DNA of 64,000 nucleotides from positions 27,773,648-27,837,647 of the forward strand of contig NC_092673.1 of assembly GCF_964355755.1 (NCBI RefSeq). Direction: 5' to 3'. Under the pieces are notes generated by a model, which made no database searches, was not told the origin of the DNA, and saw only the letters and a list, made by a program, of their open reading frames with translations. The DNA is from Antedon mediterranea. Taxonomy: Eukaryota > Animalia > Echinodermata. The position numbers and the translations under genes were made by a program. This document shows, piece by piece, positions 22,580 through 38,200 of the stretch; position 1 is the first letter of the stretch; every line of letters begins with the position of its first letter.

Positions 22580-23243
22580 TATTAGTGTCTAACCCTTTGC
22601 CCTATACTTCAATATAGTTTTCTTAATGTTCATGTTGAGGACATAATATACATCTTAATACTTTATTGAATTACAATTTAGAAAAAAACATTTTAAATCA
22701 TCCTATATGCTATATAAGTAGAAACATTTTTAGATAGAGTATGCCCATATAATGATATGAATAAAAAGAAATACTTTGAATAAAGAAATACAGTATCATT
22801 TTTAAATGGTCTTTCGTTATATGTGTTGTTTGTTGAACTGAGGATTGCAAGTTTGACTCTTGCGTTATTAATTATTTTTTAATTTCCAGTTGGTGCGAAG
22901 TTTAAGGTTTGGAAACACGTTGCCAGATATAAATGCTAAATATGAACATATTTAAAGAATTATACAGTAACTATACTAAAATTGTTTTCACAATAATCAC
23001 ATATACCTAGAGTCATAATAATTGGAAATTTCAAATACAGTGTACTGCTGCACGTACTACTACTGAGCTATAATCCTGTCTAGCGCCCTCTATCTCAAAG
23101 CAATGCAACAGTTGAATTTTCACATCATTGGAATGTGAATCAAAAGTAAAGCGGATGATGAGAAATATGTAGGCACAATAACTTGTTGATATCATAACTA
23201 GACGAATTTACTTCTTACCATATTTTTAGGTGCTTTTGTCAGA

Positions 23244-26200
23244 ATGAGTTTTAGGTCTTTTATAGTAATATTTCTTTTAGGTAAGTATTTCATTTTCTTG
23301 TTTAATTCCATTAATCGTGGCGGTTCGACGAAGGCCAAAGATTGAAAGAGGCGGTGGCGATGAAAGGAGGGGTTTACGGTCGTTTCCGGCCTGGCCGTAG
23401 GGCGACGACCGAGCCGGTGGTGCGGCCTAGCTTCCTTCCGGATTTATTTGTCGAAAACGATATGTTTATTGTACAACGTACGTTTTTTCTTTCCAAAAAA
23501 AAAAATGTTTGCTCAACATGACATAAAAATGCAGTCCACCACCAGTCGGAGAACAGAAGTGCAGATAATGTGTAATTAATTTCATTCATCGTTGTATGAT
23601 CTTTACAATTTACATATTTTTGTGTCTGCAATATTAATAATCTAACACTTAAATAATACAATAATTGATAATGCATTTTTAAATCATACATTATGAAAAG
23701 GAAACATTGTAAACATCATATAAATGCAAAAATTGAACATATTTAATTATACATTACAGTCATTACTTTCTAAAATCTCACTTTTTTCAATAATTCTTGT
23801 TGGTCTTTTTAGCGCTGTGAGACATCAGTAATATTATTAAAAATTTATTATTATTATTATTATTATTACTAGGCCTATATACCAAATGGTAAGGTACTAA
23901 GGCCTTAATAATAAAACTAATCTAATTTTATTAATTCCATTTGCTAATTTCTAATTACTGCTTTAAAAACTCACCTAATATGCTGACATTTATTTTGACT
24001 GGTTTTAGAATTTAATACACTATTACAAGACTGAATTAAAATTATTTGATATTAGGCCTATTGTTTGAATGGGAAGTCATTGGTTTAATATCTTCCTATA
24101 TTGCTTTAAATATTATAGCTCCATATTGGGTCTACATTTATTTTAATTAGTGCAAAATAGGTTATTGAAAAATTATAAATAACACATAATTGTTTTTGGA
24201 ATAGAACTAAAATAAACATTATTGTATTATCAAATCTTTGAATCTAGTGTTTGTACAATATGTGAAGTCCTGATGCATGTTTAATTTAAATACTAACCAA
24301 ATTTAATATTTAAAACATCTGCCATTTTCAATATATTTTTTTTGGATTTGTGCAATTCATTTATAATGGATTAACTCCTTGCATGAAACATTTTGTGAAT
24401 CAATATAAAAAATATTTCCAAAAAAATATGACAAATTTATTTCTCTAACTTTTCTATTAGTAATTAAATATTAGTAATTAAATATTAATCCAAAGGCAAA
24501 TTACTGAAAAAAATGACAATGCTGTGGGTATCAGTGGCTGGCAAAAATAAAAAGCGAAAAGCTAAATCAAAACGATAAAGTAAACAGCCAGAAAAGTTAG
24601 CAGAGCTTTTGGTAATTAAATATATTTTAATAAGAGGGAAATGGCAACTCACAACGGCAATTGTTTTTCATGAGAAAATGATGACATTATTTATTGTATT
24701 TTATTTTTATTGCAAATATTATATATATTTTGTTTTTGTGAAGTTTTTAATTTTGTTTAAAAAATTACTCTTTGCTGCGTTGCTTATTTTTTTGTTTTGT
24801 TAACAAATTTTAAATACTAAAACCTTTAATCTGTTTTGTAATCAAAATGTCACTTTTTATTCTGAATAGTATAATTATTAACTACGTTATTCCATGCTTT
24901 AAGTCAATTAATTAATGAGTAATTATTTTTAATTTGTCTATCATAGCAAATTTATTTCGTACAATTTAATTTCCTCATAAATCCAAATTTATAAATAACT
25001 TTCATTGCCTTTCATTGTTTATTTTTCTTAATTCTACCAGTAGAGGAAAAATTTTAGAAAAATATCCGCCATAATTCTACCAGTACATTGTATTTATATT
25101 ATGTCATTGGCAATGATGAATACACTAGCTAATGTTTATTAATAATATAATAGTACGCCGATAGTACGGATTCTGTGTGTACTGTCATGCTATATGAATA
25201 GGCTGTTTATTGATTAGAGCCATTGTTATCTTAACAATGGGTTGAGTCACACTTCAGTATGCACTATTTCTGCATGGCTATTATGTTGACTGCTAAACAT
25301 GGCTTCAATTCACTCTACAACTTTCATTTTGATTCTTATTAACTAAAGATTAAATTCTTTTCTATGCTCTTAAAAGGATTGTTCATAATTTACAAAGCAA
25401 AATACCAATGAATGATTAACAAATTTAACAATCATTTTGATGTTTATTTCTCTACTACACAATATCATAGTTAAACCTACATAGCTACCGTTAGGAAGAG
25501 ATAGAAGATGTAGATCAAAATATTTAGTATAAAGTAGTGTAATACAGTAGGCTCTACACAAATTGTTATTTTTAATATGGTCTTTATTTTTAATCATTCA
25601 TATTCTGATATTTTCATTTTTGTAAACATTTTATTTCATGATTTTTTTTTTATACTAATAGTTTCACAACTGAGTCATATAGCTTTACATAATTATCTAT
25701 TTGTCTTGTTATCCAATTTTATGTGCTATTTTATGTTTGTTTTTTAAAATTACTAATCACTAACATTCAGCCATCCATTATGCGTGTGTACAGAAAAAAC
25801 ATCTGATTACATTTTTACAAAATTCTAAAAAATGAAATACTACTATCATTATTCATTATAATTTAATTTACAAATTAAAGATGTATTGCCACCATGAACA
25901 TTTTTTTGTGTGTGGAATATGCCATTTTAGTGTCGCATAATAGTTAATCACTTTGACAACAAATTGGACTTAAAAAATACTTTTAAAAAACCGTAATAAT
26001 TTTATGCACGACAAATTTGCTTCAAGCTAATGGGTTTTGGTTAAATTTATTTTATATGAGAAAACATATTTTGTTGTTATTTTTTTTTTACGGAAGGGAT
26101 TATCTTGATTAAAACTACAAAATAACGTTTTCAAAGTCTGATTTAATTTTTCATTATAATTTCATTTAATCAAAATGTAATTTTTTCATTATGATTTAAT

Positions 26201-29200
26201 CAAAATGTAACTTACAAATTAATAAAAACAAAAATGCCGTACACAAGCTGCCATAATTTTATTTATTCATCGATTTCGTGTCTGGAGGAGGAAGGATTTT
26301 TTGTTCAACAACACAATCACCTGACTTATTACCTATGCTGTTGTCATGACAACTACATCATGTCGTCATTGTGGATAAAGCACGTTCATCAATAGTAGGA
26401 ACATTTTATTTCATTTCAAAAATAAGAGTTATTTATTGTTGAATCAAGTTATTTATTGTAGAATGTGTAGTCAATAGGATCATAATGTCAGCCTCTGACA
26501 CCTCAGTGTTTTTCAGAGAATCAAGCTCTGTCTATCAAATTCAAACTAGTTTGACAAAAAAAAGTGTGTGATTTGCCCAAATATTATGGTAGTGATATGC
26601 TTAAATATGGTAGTGATATGACATCATCATGTCCATATATGGGCATATCACATTTTTTTGTCACATACAGTTTGATAGTGTGGACAGAGGTTTACAGTAG
26701 ATACAGATTTTATTATGTACTGTAGTATAGAATGATAACATTGGTTTATGGGGACATACAGGTACAGTAGCTCCTTATGGCGGAGCGTGCCCAAAACAAG
26801 CGGTACAAATACATTTTTATTTATTTAGTTTTAATTTTATAGAGATATTTTATTAATATTCAATTGTATTTATAATTTAGAATAGATTCATATACAATTT
26901 TTATTTATTTTTAATGATAGTAATTTTTGTTTCTTTTTTCTTATATCTGTAACTAATATTATAATTAATAATTTCTGATATTTAGTTAAAGTACTATTCT
27001 GTTGTAGTAGTATTTTAAATCAAAATCATTTTGAAAAGATCCATGAAATTAATTTTGTAAAATTTTGTTTCATAATTTATGTAGATTGTAAAAATCAATC
27101 TCAATTTCTAGTAAAAATTAATCCATCAATTTTAATCAGTAGCTTACAAAATTGGATTACATTTGCATAGTTTGATGAAATTAAGCAATATTTAATGAAC
27201 CACTAATTAAGGTGTATGCCTAACCACACTTTACTGTATGAGTGAACTTCATAAAGAACCACATACAGTAGGCCACAATGCCTTGTGTACCGTATCATGC
27301 ACAGTACCACCACCAGCAGCTGCCGATAACCCTAGGCTATACCATTGTTTTTCAATAATTGGGGCCTTAATCTTCAGTTTATTCAGGTTGAAAGTGTTAC
27401 AAATTAACAATAACATACTTTATGAAAATTAGTGTAGCATATTTGCCTAATGAATAAAAGAGTTTAATCTTTAAATATGCATATGCAAAAAAATTATATT
27501 TTGGAAACTGTACTATCAATCTTTGAATATTATCCATTTTTTAGTTCCTAAATCTGATCAAAATAATTAATAATTGTCATTTCTCCAAAAAAAAAAATAT
27601 GATATTGCAGCATCAACATGAAACTGTAGCCATAAACAAATTACAAAATTGTAATAAAATCTAAAGTTTGTCTACACTCACTATCAAACTTTATGTTGAA
27701 AAAAAATGTGATGTGCCCATATATTGACATAATGATGTCATATCACTACCATATTTGGACACATCACGCGTTTTTTGTCAAACTAGTTGATAGTGTGGAC
27801 AAAACTTACTGTCTAAAATCAGTACATTTTCATCAGTAGTGAATGGTATCCATTAATGTATTTATAATGTTTTGTATACTCTGCACTAAACGTCAGTGTC
27901 ATGAGTAATAATAATAAGTTTGCCGTTAGTGTTGAGTCAATACTCAAAGTGTACACAGTGACATAAACAATGTTGGTTGTTGATAGTAAAACAAATGCTA
28001 AAAGATTACTTAAAGACCCCTTCCCTGCAATTTTGGACGTTTTTTGGAAAATAATACATATCACTTTAAAAACATTAAACCATGTCATTCCTTGTCTTAA
28101 ATGTACGTTTTATGGTAAATTATGATAAAAAGTGAGAAACAATGCACTACCTAAGTAGGTCGCGGCGATCGACCTCTCGTGGACGGTCTTAGGCCTAGCC
28201 TAGCTAGGCTTAGTTTTGTAGGCCTAGCTGGTAAACATCGATAACGTACGAACATCGTACGCGAGCTATATACCTAGCCTGACGTTGTATAGTTGCTGCA
28301 TTAATTGTCTTTCTATTTTTGCCAGACTCCGTTGATACAAATTGGGGAAAACCCGGTATTTTCGCTGAAAAGTTAGGAGTCTTCCATTTGTTTTGGCTTC
28401 ACGATCGATCGAAAAGTGGGCGAATTACAGGTGAAAAACAAAAATATCAATCCGCGCGCAATGCATTTTGGGATTTATAGCGGGCCGCTATAATTATTAG
28501 AATCGATTTATTTTTCACATTTTTAACCGTTTAAAGACGAAAAAAGTTATCGCAATAGGACCATATAGTATTATTTTTACATTAAATATAGTTTGTGATC
28601 TTAAATTAGATCTAAAAAACGTAGGGAATGGGGCTTTAATCATATTCACTGTACTGTATGTTTATACAGTACAGTATGGTTTCCCTGAATATGTATCCAA
28701 AATAAATACTGTAGCATAATAAAACACTTTGGATGTCTACCATACACAGGTGTGTAATAAAGAAATAATTTTTTTTTTTTAATTAAATTATAATAATCAA
28801 TTTAATTTGCTTGGTTCTTGTTTACATAATTTAATGTCCTCGTGACATCAAACATTATTTAATATCTACTCGTTATGCAAACAAGAGATTGTTTACTAAT
28901 TCAGCAATAGTCCTATGCGTTTTTATTTTAAAAACCATCATTATGTTAAATTTCTTTACCTTACGGTTTCCATGTCAACAGCACTGAAACCTTTAAACCA
29001 TAATGTTTTATTACCTACCTACATACATTGATGATAATAATTCTCTCAATGTTATATAGAATAACCTAGATAAACTATGTGGTATTGTGTAGGCAAGGTA
29101 TTTCAATAGGTTAAAACAGCAATAAATGTTCTCCTACACCTGTACAGATTGATTACGTGATGTAGATGGGGTAATCCTAAGTTTGGAAGGACAAGTGAAA

Positions 29201-32200
29201 AAGGAGTGCTCTCATACTATCCACAAAACCCTACAAATTACAAGTACATTTAAAACAAAATAATTATACAGTTTGTAACAGCATACTGTACCACGCAGTT
29301 TAGATTTATTTTTAATTTTAAATACCTCCATCATCTCTCGCTCAACCTGACACTTGCTTCGCTGGCCCGAACTTGGGCAACCATGAATCCCAAAAACATG
29401 GTCACCACACATCTAAATTTCTTGACTTTGGAGTTTGAGTTTGTTAAAAAGTATATAAAAAAAAAGAAACAAATAACGAATGTTTTATATAAATGGAAGG
29501 AATGTTATTATTATTATTTGTACTATTACAGCCCCATTTACTACCCTGTAAACTAACAAACAAACAAGGGCTCTGGGGTACTCAGCATGAAATGCCATTA
29601 TATCGTCTCACTCTAACAATTAAAAAGAAATGGGACTTATCCATTAGTATTTTTAAAGTTATATTTTTATTGTGACAACTGTTTCTATTATTTATTTAAG
29701 GCGTGTTAAAGTATAGTGTAGTATATCTTTAGCATACTAGAGTTTTGTCAACACTGTACGGCAACCTTTAGACCTGTGAACACACTGTAGTAATGCTAAC
29801 TGCAATGAATTTAGTAGACAGACACAAACTACAATGGCAAGTTAGTTACCAAGAAAACAATTAATTGGATTCTTACGTGCAAACATCTGGTGGTTTTTGT
29901 TTTTCATTTTATTCAAATTTGTTTGGAATAAATCTAAAGGCAAATTACTGGAAAATTTACTTGATTTCAATGAAGATAGAAATAAAATCAACAAGAAACT
30001 AAATCAAAACAATAAAGTAAAACACTAACAGCCAGAAAGAAAGTGCCATACCTTTGGAAAACACCGATTCCTAGTTTGTCATCATCTGAAATCAGTTAAA
30101 ATATTCAGCAGCTGTAACATCTTCTTATTAATTTTGATAACGAGGAATCCATCCATCTATCAACATGTATGATGTTTGTTTACATCACTGCTATTGTATT
30201 GCACTCGTTGTTTATATTATTTACTGCCCTTTGACCTCTGTACCAGGTTGTTGAATGTTACAAAGCCTTTCATCAAATGTCATTAACAGCCTTTCATTAA
30301 ATGTCAACAGAAAATACAATTTTGGTTCATGATATTAAAGACAAAGAAAGAATAGCTCATACTGATTTGTTTGTGATCTATAGAAAATGACAAGAATGTA
30401 GCCGCATCCTTTTGATTTTTAATTAGGAGAATTAATTGGCACCCCTGTTGGCACCTCTATAATAATTTAGTTACTTTATCTGAGCATGTAGGCAAACAAA
30501 ACATGTATATAGAGTTGTATAAAGCTTTGTCTACACTATCAAACTTTAGTTTACAAATGTGATGTGCCCATATCACTACCATATTTGGGCACATCACACT
30601 TTTTGTTGTCAAACTAGTTTGATAGTGTAGACAGAGCTTAAGACTGGGTGATTATTTGCGTCATTACATTGGAAGATAGGAACACCCAAAAAAAAACCCA
30701 TGTCTGCTCAACTCTATAAGCATACTGTACAGTACCACTAAATCTAATTAATTTAAAGGGATCATTGTAAAAAAAAATGTTCTTTATGTAAAATTACTCG
30801 AGTTTTGTTGATTTTATTTATACACTATACAGTGCAACAGGTCTAAACAAAAGAAGAATATATTGAAAATATGATATTGGGCAGGTGTAATTTGGGTGTC
30901 TTGTACAGCCTCAACACATTACATAGCTGTGTAATATTTGTCCATTATGTATCTGGTATTTGTAAATTGTAAAAGTAATTTAAGAAGAAAGATAATAGAG
31001 ATAATGAATGAATTGTGACCACCAATTGATAAAGAATAAGGTTTATACTGTACAGTAGTAAAATCCCTGACTTTACAAACATAATGTAATTAGGTCAAGG
31101 TGATAAAACTAGCCTAGTAAATAGTGGTGTTTTTTATACAGCATTGTATGTACTATACAAAAGGTATTTTTATTTTTTTAAAGTACACTGTAAAATCAGG
31201 TAAAGATTTTGAATTTTAGAAAATACATTTTTTTCAGGTGGGTAATGTTGTTTTCCAAGACAACGAATGATATGTTAATCAATTAAATAATTATTTCGTT
31301 TAGAACGAGTTTTGATAGAATATTACTCAAATTAATTAAAAATAATGTCCTTAGGCTTTACAGATTAGGTTTTTTGTAGATTTACATATTATGGTAGGCA
31401 TTTCATGAAAATAAAAAAAAAATTGCTTTTTGATTTGGAATAAAATATTTCCTTTTGATTTTCACAGGTGTATCCATAAATGTTACTTGTACCACAGGTA
31501 CAATTGAGGGTTATTTTAACGGGTCATCTGTGATTGTCCTAAACACCACATTAAATATTCAAAATGGATTTCAATTTGGATTTCGAACTTGTAACGGTGG
31601 CCAGCTTATTATTGATACTGGTCTCAACAACGATACATTTGAAATTTCATTGGACGACGCCAGTGGTGCGTTAATAGTCCAGTGGAATGCATCTGGTATT
31701 GCAAATAGTACGAGAATTGGTTCAAACTTGAACAGTAACATCTGGACAAACGTCCAGTTATCGACAGAGATTGTCAAGTCGGGTCAACAGGTTCAGATTG
31801 TAGTAGATGCTGGGTCATTTTCTGATTCGTATGTTAGTGGCCCTGATAGTGAATTGCTTAGTATCGACCTTAGTGGCAGGTCAAAGGTCACAATTGGCAA
31901 CGGTTTTATAGGCTGCATCGAAGAAGGAAGCAATTTGGATTTTGATGACGAATTCTACACAGAGAATGTGCAGTGGGGGCAGTGTCCGCTGGAAACGCAG
32001 CAAGGATGTAAGTATTTCAAAAAGAAGCCCATGGGCTAATTTTGTATTTAATGCCAATCGATAGGGAGACTTATTTTTAATTGGTTTTAAAAAGAAAATT
32101 AAATGTTAAATTTGGAAATAATTGTTTCTGCACAGCTACACAGCAATCTGTTTACACTATCCATTGTAAATACATTAGTATACAGATTATACCTTACATC

Positions 32201-35200
32201 TCATGCTGTTACAATAAGTGTGACCTCTAATGAAAGGTCATTTATGTTGAAATTTATTCATTATTTGTATCTAATTACAACATGATTACAATTACAGGTT
32301 TTAATGTGTATCTAATATGCTGTTTTGCAACACTTGTTGTTGTTCCTTAATTTAGAAATGTTTTGATTACTAGAATACTAGTTCTAGTTGTGTTAACAAT
32401 AACATACTAATCTCACACCCCCTGGTTTCTGATATTTTATTATAATGTAAATCAAAATGTATGTTTTTTTTGTAAAGCTCTGTCTACACTATCAAACTAG
32501 TTTGAAAAAAAAAGTTTGATGTGGCCAAATAATGGTAGTGATATGCCCAATGGTAGTGATATGACATCATCATGTCCATATATGGGTACATCACATTTGT
32601 TGTCACATAAAGTGTGATAGTGTGAACAGAGCTTTAGGACACATTCAGGATTAGTTATTTATATACCATGTATCATAATATTTATTTTGTATTGTTTTTT
32701 TAGGTGACGATATAGACCATTGTTATAGTATTCCATGCCAACACAATGGACAGTGCATTGATATCACAGGTGGTTATGAATGCAGGTGTACCACAAGATA
32801 TTCAGGAGTTAATTGTGAACAAGATAATGGTGAGGTCAAATACACATACATCATATAGTTTTTTTTCACACATTACATCTTAAGCTCTGTCTACACTATC
32901 AAACTTTATGCGACAACAAATGTGATGTGCCCATATATGGACATGATGATGTCATATCACTACCATATTTGGGCACATCACAATTTTTTTCCAACTAGTT
33001 TGAAAGTGTAGACAGAGCTTTATAATAGGTACTTTTAATTAACAATGTTTGACTTTCCTTTAGGTAATTTATGCGGAAGTAATGATCCCCGCTACGCTCT
33101 AAAGTGCGGAGAAGGAGTTTGTCAAGAGCGAGATCACGGAAACTACACCGTGTGCGTTTGTCCGTATGGATACTCGGGTATAGGGTGTAATGTGACTGCC
33201 AATTATTGCGCAAGTGATCCTTGCGAAAACGGAGCTAGTTGTCAGAACAACAATGATGGTTATTATTGTAATTGTACTGAAGGTGAGTCTTGGATTCAAA
33301 TATTATTCAGTATTGTGTCTAGTGACAATAAACATCTTGCAGTATCATGTCTAGTGACAATATACATTCTGCAGTATCGTGTCTTCTGACGACAAACTTG
33401 CGGTAGTAGTGTTTTAGTAGTGACATACAATTTAGAGGGTTAGGTTAAGTTGATATTAGAATAGGAGGTAGATGCTGTGGTATGGGCCTGTTGCTGTCAG
33501 CAGACATGATACTGCAGGATGTTTATTTTTGCTAGACTTGATATCATTATCATACAAGACTTTGCTGCAAAGTTCCATTGTACCAGGGAGATCGGTTTGT
33601 AGTATGACTGGTATGAACAGAACTAAACAAAAAGGGGTGTTTTTTCCTAAGTATTAATCATATGTTCAAATCTTTATTTGCATATTGTTAATTATTCGTC
33701 TAATTTGCATTTAGGTTTCACTGGAGTCACCTGCGAGACAAACATTGATGAATGTTTATCCTATCCATGCTTGAACGGGGGAGTTTGTCGTGATGGCATC
33801 AATAACTTTACCTGTGACTGTACAAGTACCGGTTACGAAGGTCATTTCTGCTCGCTTCCGATCGACGAGTGTTCTTTTTCTCCATGTGAAAATGGTGGCA
33901 CCTGTATGGATACTAATGGTGGATACATTTGCATATGCGTGAGTGGTTTCACAGGTGATGATTGTGAGGAGGATGAGGATGAGTGTAGATCCAGTCCTTG
34001 TGCAAACCATGGAACGTGTGTCGACAAGTTAGACGGATTTACCTGTGAGTGTCCAGCAGGATTTGAAGGTATAGTATATGTGATATACATATTACAAGTA
34101 GCTCTGTCTACACTATCAAACTTTATGTGACAAAAAAATGATGCAAATATGGAAATATGCAACATTATTGTTTACATCAACACTACATTTCTGTATTTAA
34201 TATTAAGTTTATTTATGGTGTTTTGTTGTTGAAGGAACCTATTGTACCGTTAACATTGATGAATGTGAAGGGATAACATGCAATGATACCTATGTTTGTC
34301 GTGACCTTATCAATGCATATGTGTGTGACTGTCCTGACGGAACATGTGAGTATGCTTTAATTTACCTACAATATTTTAAAAAGTGTGAAATATTTATTTG
34401 ATTTTGGTGAATATAAAATCTGGTTTTACGAAAGACTGTAACTGGAGTTAATAATATTTTGTTTATTTTGTCTTTATCTTTTAGTTGAAGAAAAAGATAA
34501 GTGTGTTGATTATGATGAATGTTCTAGTAGCCCATGTCGATACAATTCAACATGCATCAACGGTGGCAACCAATACGCATGTAATTGTACCATTGGCTAT
34601 GAGGGAACAAACTGCGACCAAGATATCAATGAATGTGAATCGAACCCATGCCTTAATGGCGCAGTGTGCGAGGACATGCTAGCTATGTATGAGTGTACAT
34701 GCCTACCAGGATTTGACGGTAACCATTGCGAGGTTGATATTGATGAGTGCGAATCAAATCCGTGCCAAAATGAAGGAGTATGTGAAGATCTAATTGCTAA
34801 ATATAATTGTTCTTGTACAGAGGGTAAGCTAGAGGCTTTTATGTTTTGACTTTTAATTTCATCCTCTTTAAATTGAGCGTTCCATACCCGGCACTATACT
34901 GTAATCATTTGACATATATCTTAGCCTGATTCCTTAGGCAAGATGATTTACTCTCATTGCCTCATCCTTCGGATGGGATGTAAAGCCGTTGGTCCTCTGT
35001 GTACTGAACAGTGCACGTTAAAGAACTTGGTATGCTATACAAAAAGAGTAGGGGATCCTCTTCCGGTGTGCTGATCTGGTAGTCTCTGGCTGCCGTGGGT
35101 TCGTGTAGGGCCTAATCCGAATTTCCTGTTTCCAGTTAAGCTTGAGGACCAGATTAATACATTTAACATTTAATTATATTCCTTTTCTTGTAGGTTTTGA

Positions 35201-38200
35201 TGGTGAATTTTGTGAGAATGACATTGACGAGTGTCTTTCCATGCCATGTGTGAATGCGACACATTGTTTGGACTCTGTCAACAACTACACATGTATCTGT
35301 ATGCCTGGATTTGTGGGTAAGATCTGCTGGTATAACGTGTTTCATCCTATGTCGCCTTCTATCAATACTTCAAGATCTATCATAGCTTTATTTATTTCTA
35401 TCTCATCGAGAAATCACTTCCACATAATTGTCAAATTATAAACATTTTAGACTTTTAGACTAAAATTCTTTTTCAATTATATAAGGTAATATATACAATC
35501 ATACTACAGTATTTTCCATTGGTAATCATGCTATAGTACTTTCAATTGGCAATCATGCTATAGTACTTTCAATTGTCACTCATGCTATAGTACTTTCAAT
35601 TGGCAATCATGCTATAGTACTTTCAATTGTCACTCGTGCTATAGTAATTTCCATTGGTAATCATGCTATAGTACTTTTAATTGGCAATCATGCTATAGTA
35701 CTTTCAATTGTCACTCGTGCTATAGTACTTTCAATTGGCAATCATGCTATAGTACTTTTAATTGGCAATCATGCTATAGTACTTTCAATTGTCATTCGTG
35801 CTATAGTACTTTCAATTGGCAATCATGCTATAGTACTTTCCATTGATAATCATTCTATAGCACTTTCCATCGGTTTAGGTTATTTTCATACATTCAATTT
35901 CATTATTGCTGATTTTCATGAGAATGCTGTTTTTATTCCAAATGTTTAACAATGGTATAAGATTTAAAAAGTGTTCAATTATCAATAATTTTTTGTGTTG
36001 CAGTTGTATGCAGTTGTGGGTTGTAGTGCTGTGGCATGCTACAAGCTACTTGTTGTCAGGCAGTGTACAGCATGTACCGACTAAAGTAGAAGCATGTAAA
36101 AAAGCATGGTATCATTTTTATGAGGTTGTGGGATTTTACCGCATGATATAGGATTGAAAATGTAGCATTGTGCTACAAAATTGTTATATTTGTTGGAGGT
36201 GATTCGGCATGACGCTACAAAATTAAAATGAGTACATATTACATCCTGATTATGTACACTAGCAGTGCTCTGTTCAACCATCACCTAAATATGCAAATTT
36301 GCTACCTGAAATGTTACAGTGCTCTGTCAAACATCACCTAAATATGCAAATTTGCTACCTGAAATGTGTTACAGTTCTCTGTCAACCATCACCTAAGTAT
36401 ACAAATTTGCTACCTGAAATGTGTTACAGTTCTCTGTCAACCATGACCTAAATATACAAATTTGCTACCTGAAATGTGTTGCAGTTCTCTGTCAACCATC
36501 ACCTAAATATGCAAATTTGTTATATTACAGGAGTACAGCAAGGGTTAATAAACAAGAAATGAAAATTAAAGGTTGCACATTATCATTCATTGTATCTCAG
36601 TATCGTTTGATAAAAATATTAAAATCATCTTTCGATTTGACACAATTGTTTGTTTGTTTCATTCCTTTTGTCATAATCAGTTTGTTTTTTAATTTTTTTC
36701 TTTATTTTTATTCTATACACTACATGCATACATTCATAAACACCTTCATCTTTTTCATTATCAAATATGTTCAAATCAATTTATAAAAGTATAATTCAAG
36801 GTTTAACATGCCTATTTTCGAAAAATGTATTATGAGAATTAATTGTGCAATTTACTTTACATAAAGAAAGTGTTTAATGAATGTTTGATATATTGTGAAT
36901 GAAATGTTATAATTGTAATACTTTATAGTTTCAGTACTTGGACTTGGTATGGTATTATACTGATTTATATACTTATTTATAAGTTCTTATATTATATGTA
37001 AAACAGCCTGATGACATAATGGTGGCATTGCAGCTTGTTGCTTGCTTTTTATTCCAAAGATTCCGGGTTCGAATCATGGCTATGTTGTGCATTTGTTAAT
37101 GTTACTCTAAACATAGATAACTGATAAAAATGTCATAATTATTGTTGATTCATCAAATTATTATATTTGTAGGTGCAACCTGTGCCCAGGATGTTGATGA
37201 ATGTTCCTCAAACCCTTGCCAGAATAACGCTACTTGTTTAGATGAAATAAACAGTTTTAGCTGTGTGTGTACACCAGAATGGATGGGTACCACATGTACT
37301 AAGCCATACGATGCGTGTATTGATATTACACCTTGCCAAAATGGAGGGAACTGTTCGTCGAAATCACCAGCACCGGAGTACAATTGTACATGTGCTACTG
37401 GCTTTAATGGAACAAACTGTGAGAACAACATAGACGATTGCCAGAATGTTGATTGTAAGAACGGCACGATATGTTATGATTTGATAAATAATTATGAATG
37501 TAAATGCCCGGTTGGATTCGAAGGGGTACAATGTGCGGACGACATTGATGAATGTGCGTCAAATCCATGCATTAATGGAGTCTGTAATAATCACATTGGG
37601 TTATACAATTGTACATGTACTGCTGGGTATGACGGTACCAATTGTACTAATGATATTGATGAATGCGCAAGTATTCCTTGTCAGAATAATGGTATTTGCA
37701 TTGACGGAACAAACATGTTTGAGTGTTTCTGTAGTCATGGTATAACCGGTTCACTATGTGAGGTTGATATTGACGAATGTAACTCTGACCCATGCTACAA
37801 TGGTGCCACATGTAGCGAATCAGACCCTGGTACAGTAAACTGCACCTGCGCCCCGGGGTACGCCGGGGATCGCTGCAAGATAGACATCGACGAGTGTGAA
37901 TCATCGCCGTGTGAGAACGGAGGGACTTGCGAAGACAACATCAATTCATTTAATTGTACGTGCGTTCCTGGGTACATCGGTGTCAACTGCGAAACTGAGT
38001 ATAACGAGTGCGACAGCTCACCTTGTGAAAACAATGGCGTGTGTATAGATTTAGTTAACAAGTAGGTAGCCATCTTACAACTTTCGTTTTGACAACATTT
38101 TTTAAATTATTTATATTTTTAACCGCACTTTTGACTTCCTGAGCACAGGTACTAAATAAGCACTATTTACAGTATTTTGTGTCTTCTAAGCAAGAATATT

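Noticed and set aside
37015-37082. tRNA gene (also ~17672-17735, 45803, 52777)
   Set aside because: Only degenerate A/B boxes with no complete cloverleaf; these are SINE heads.
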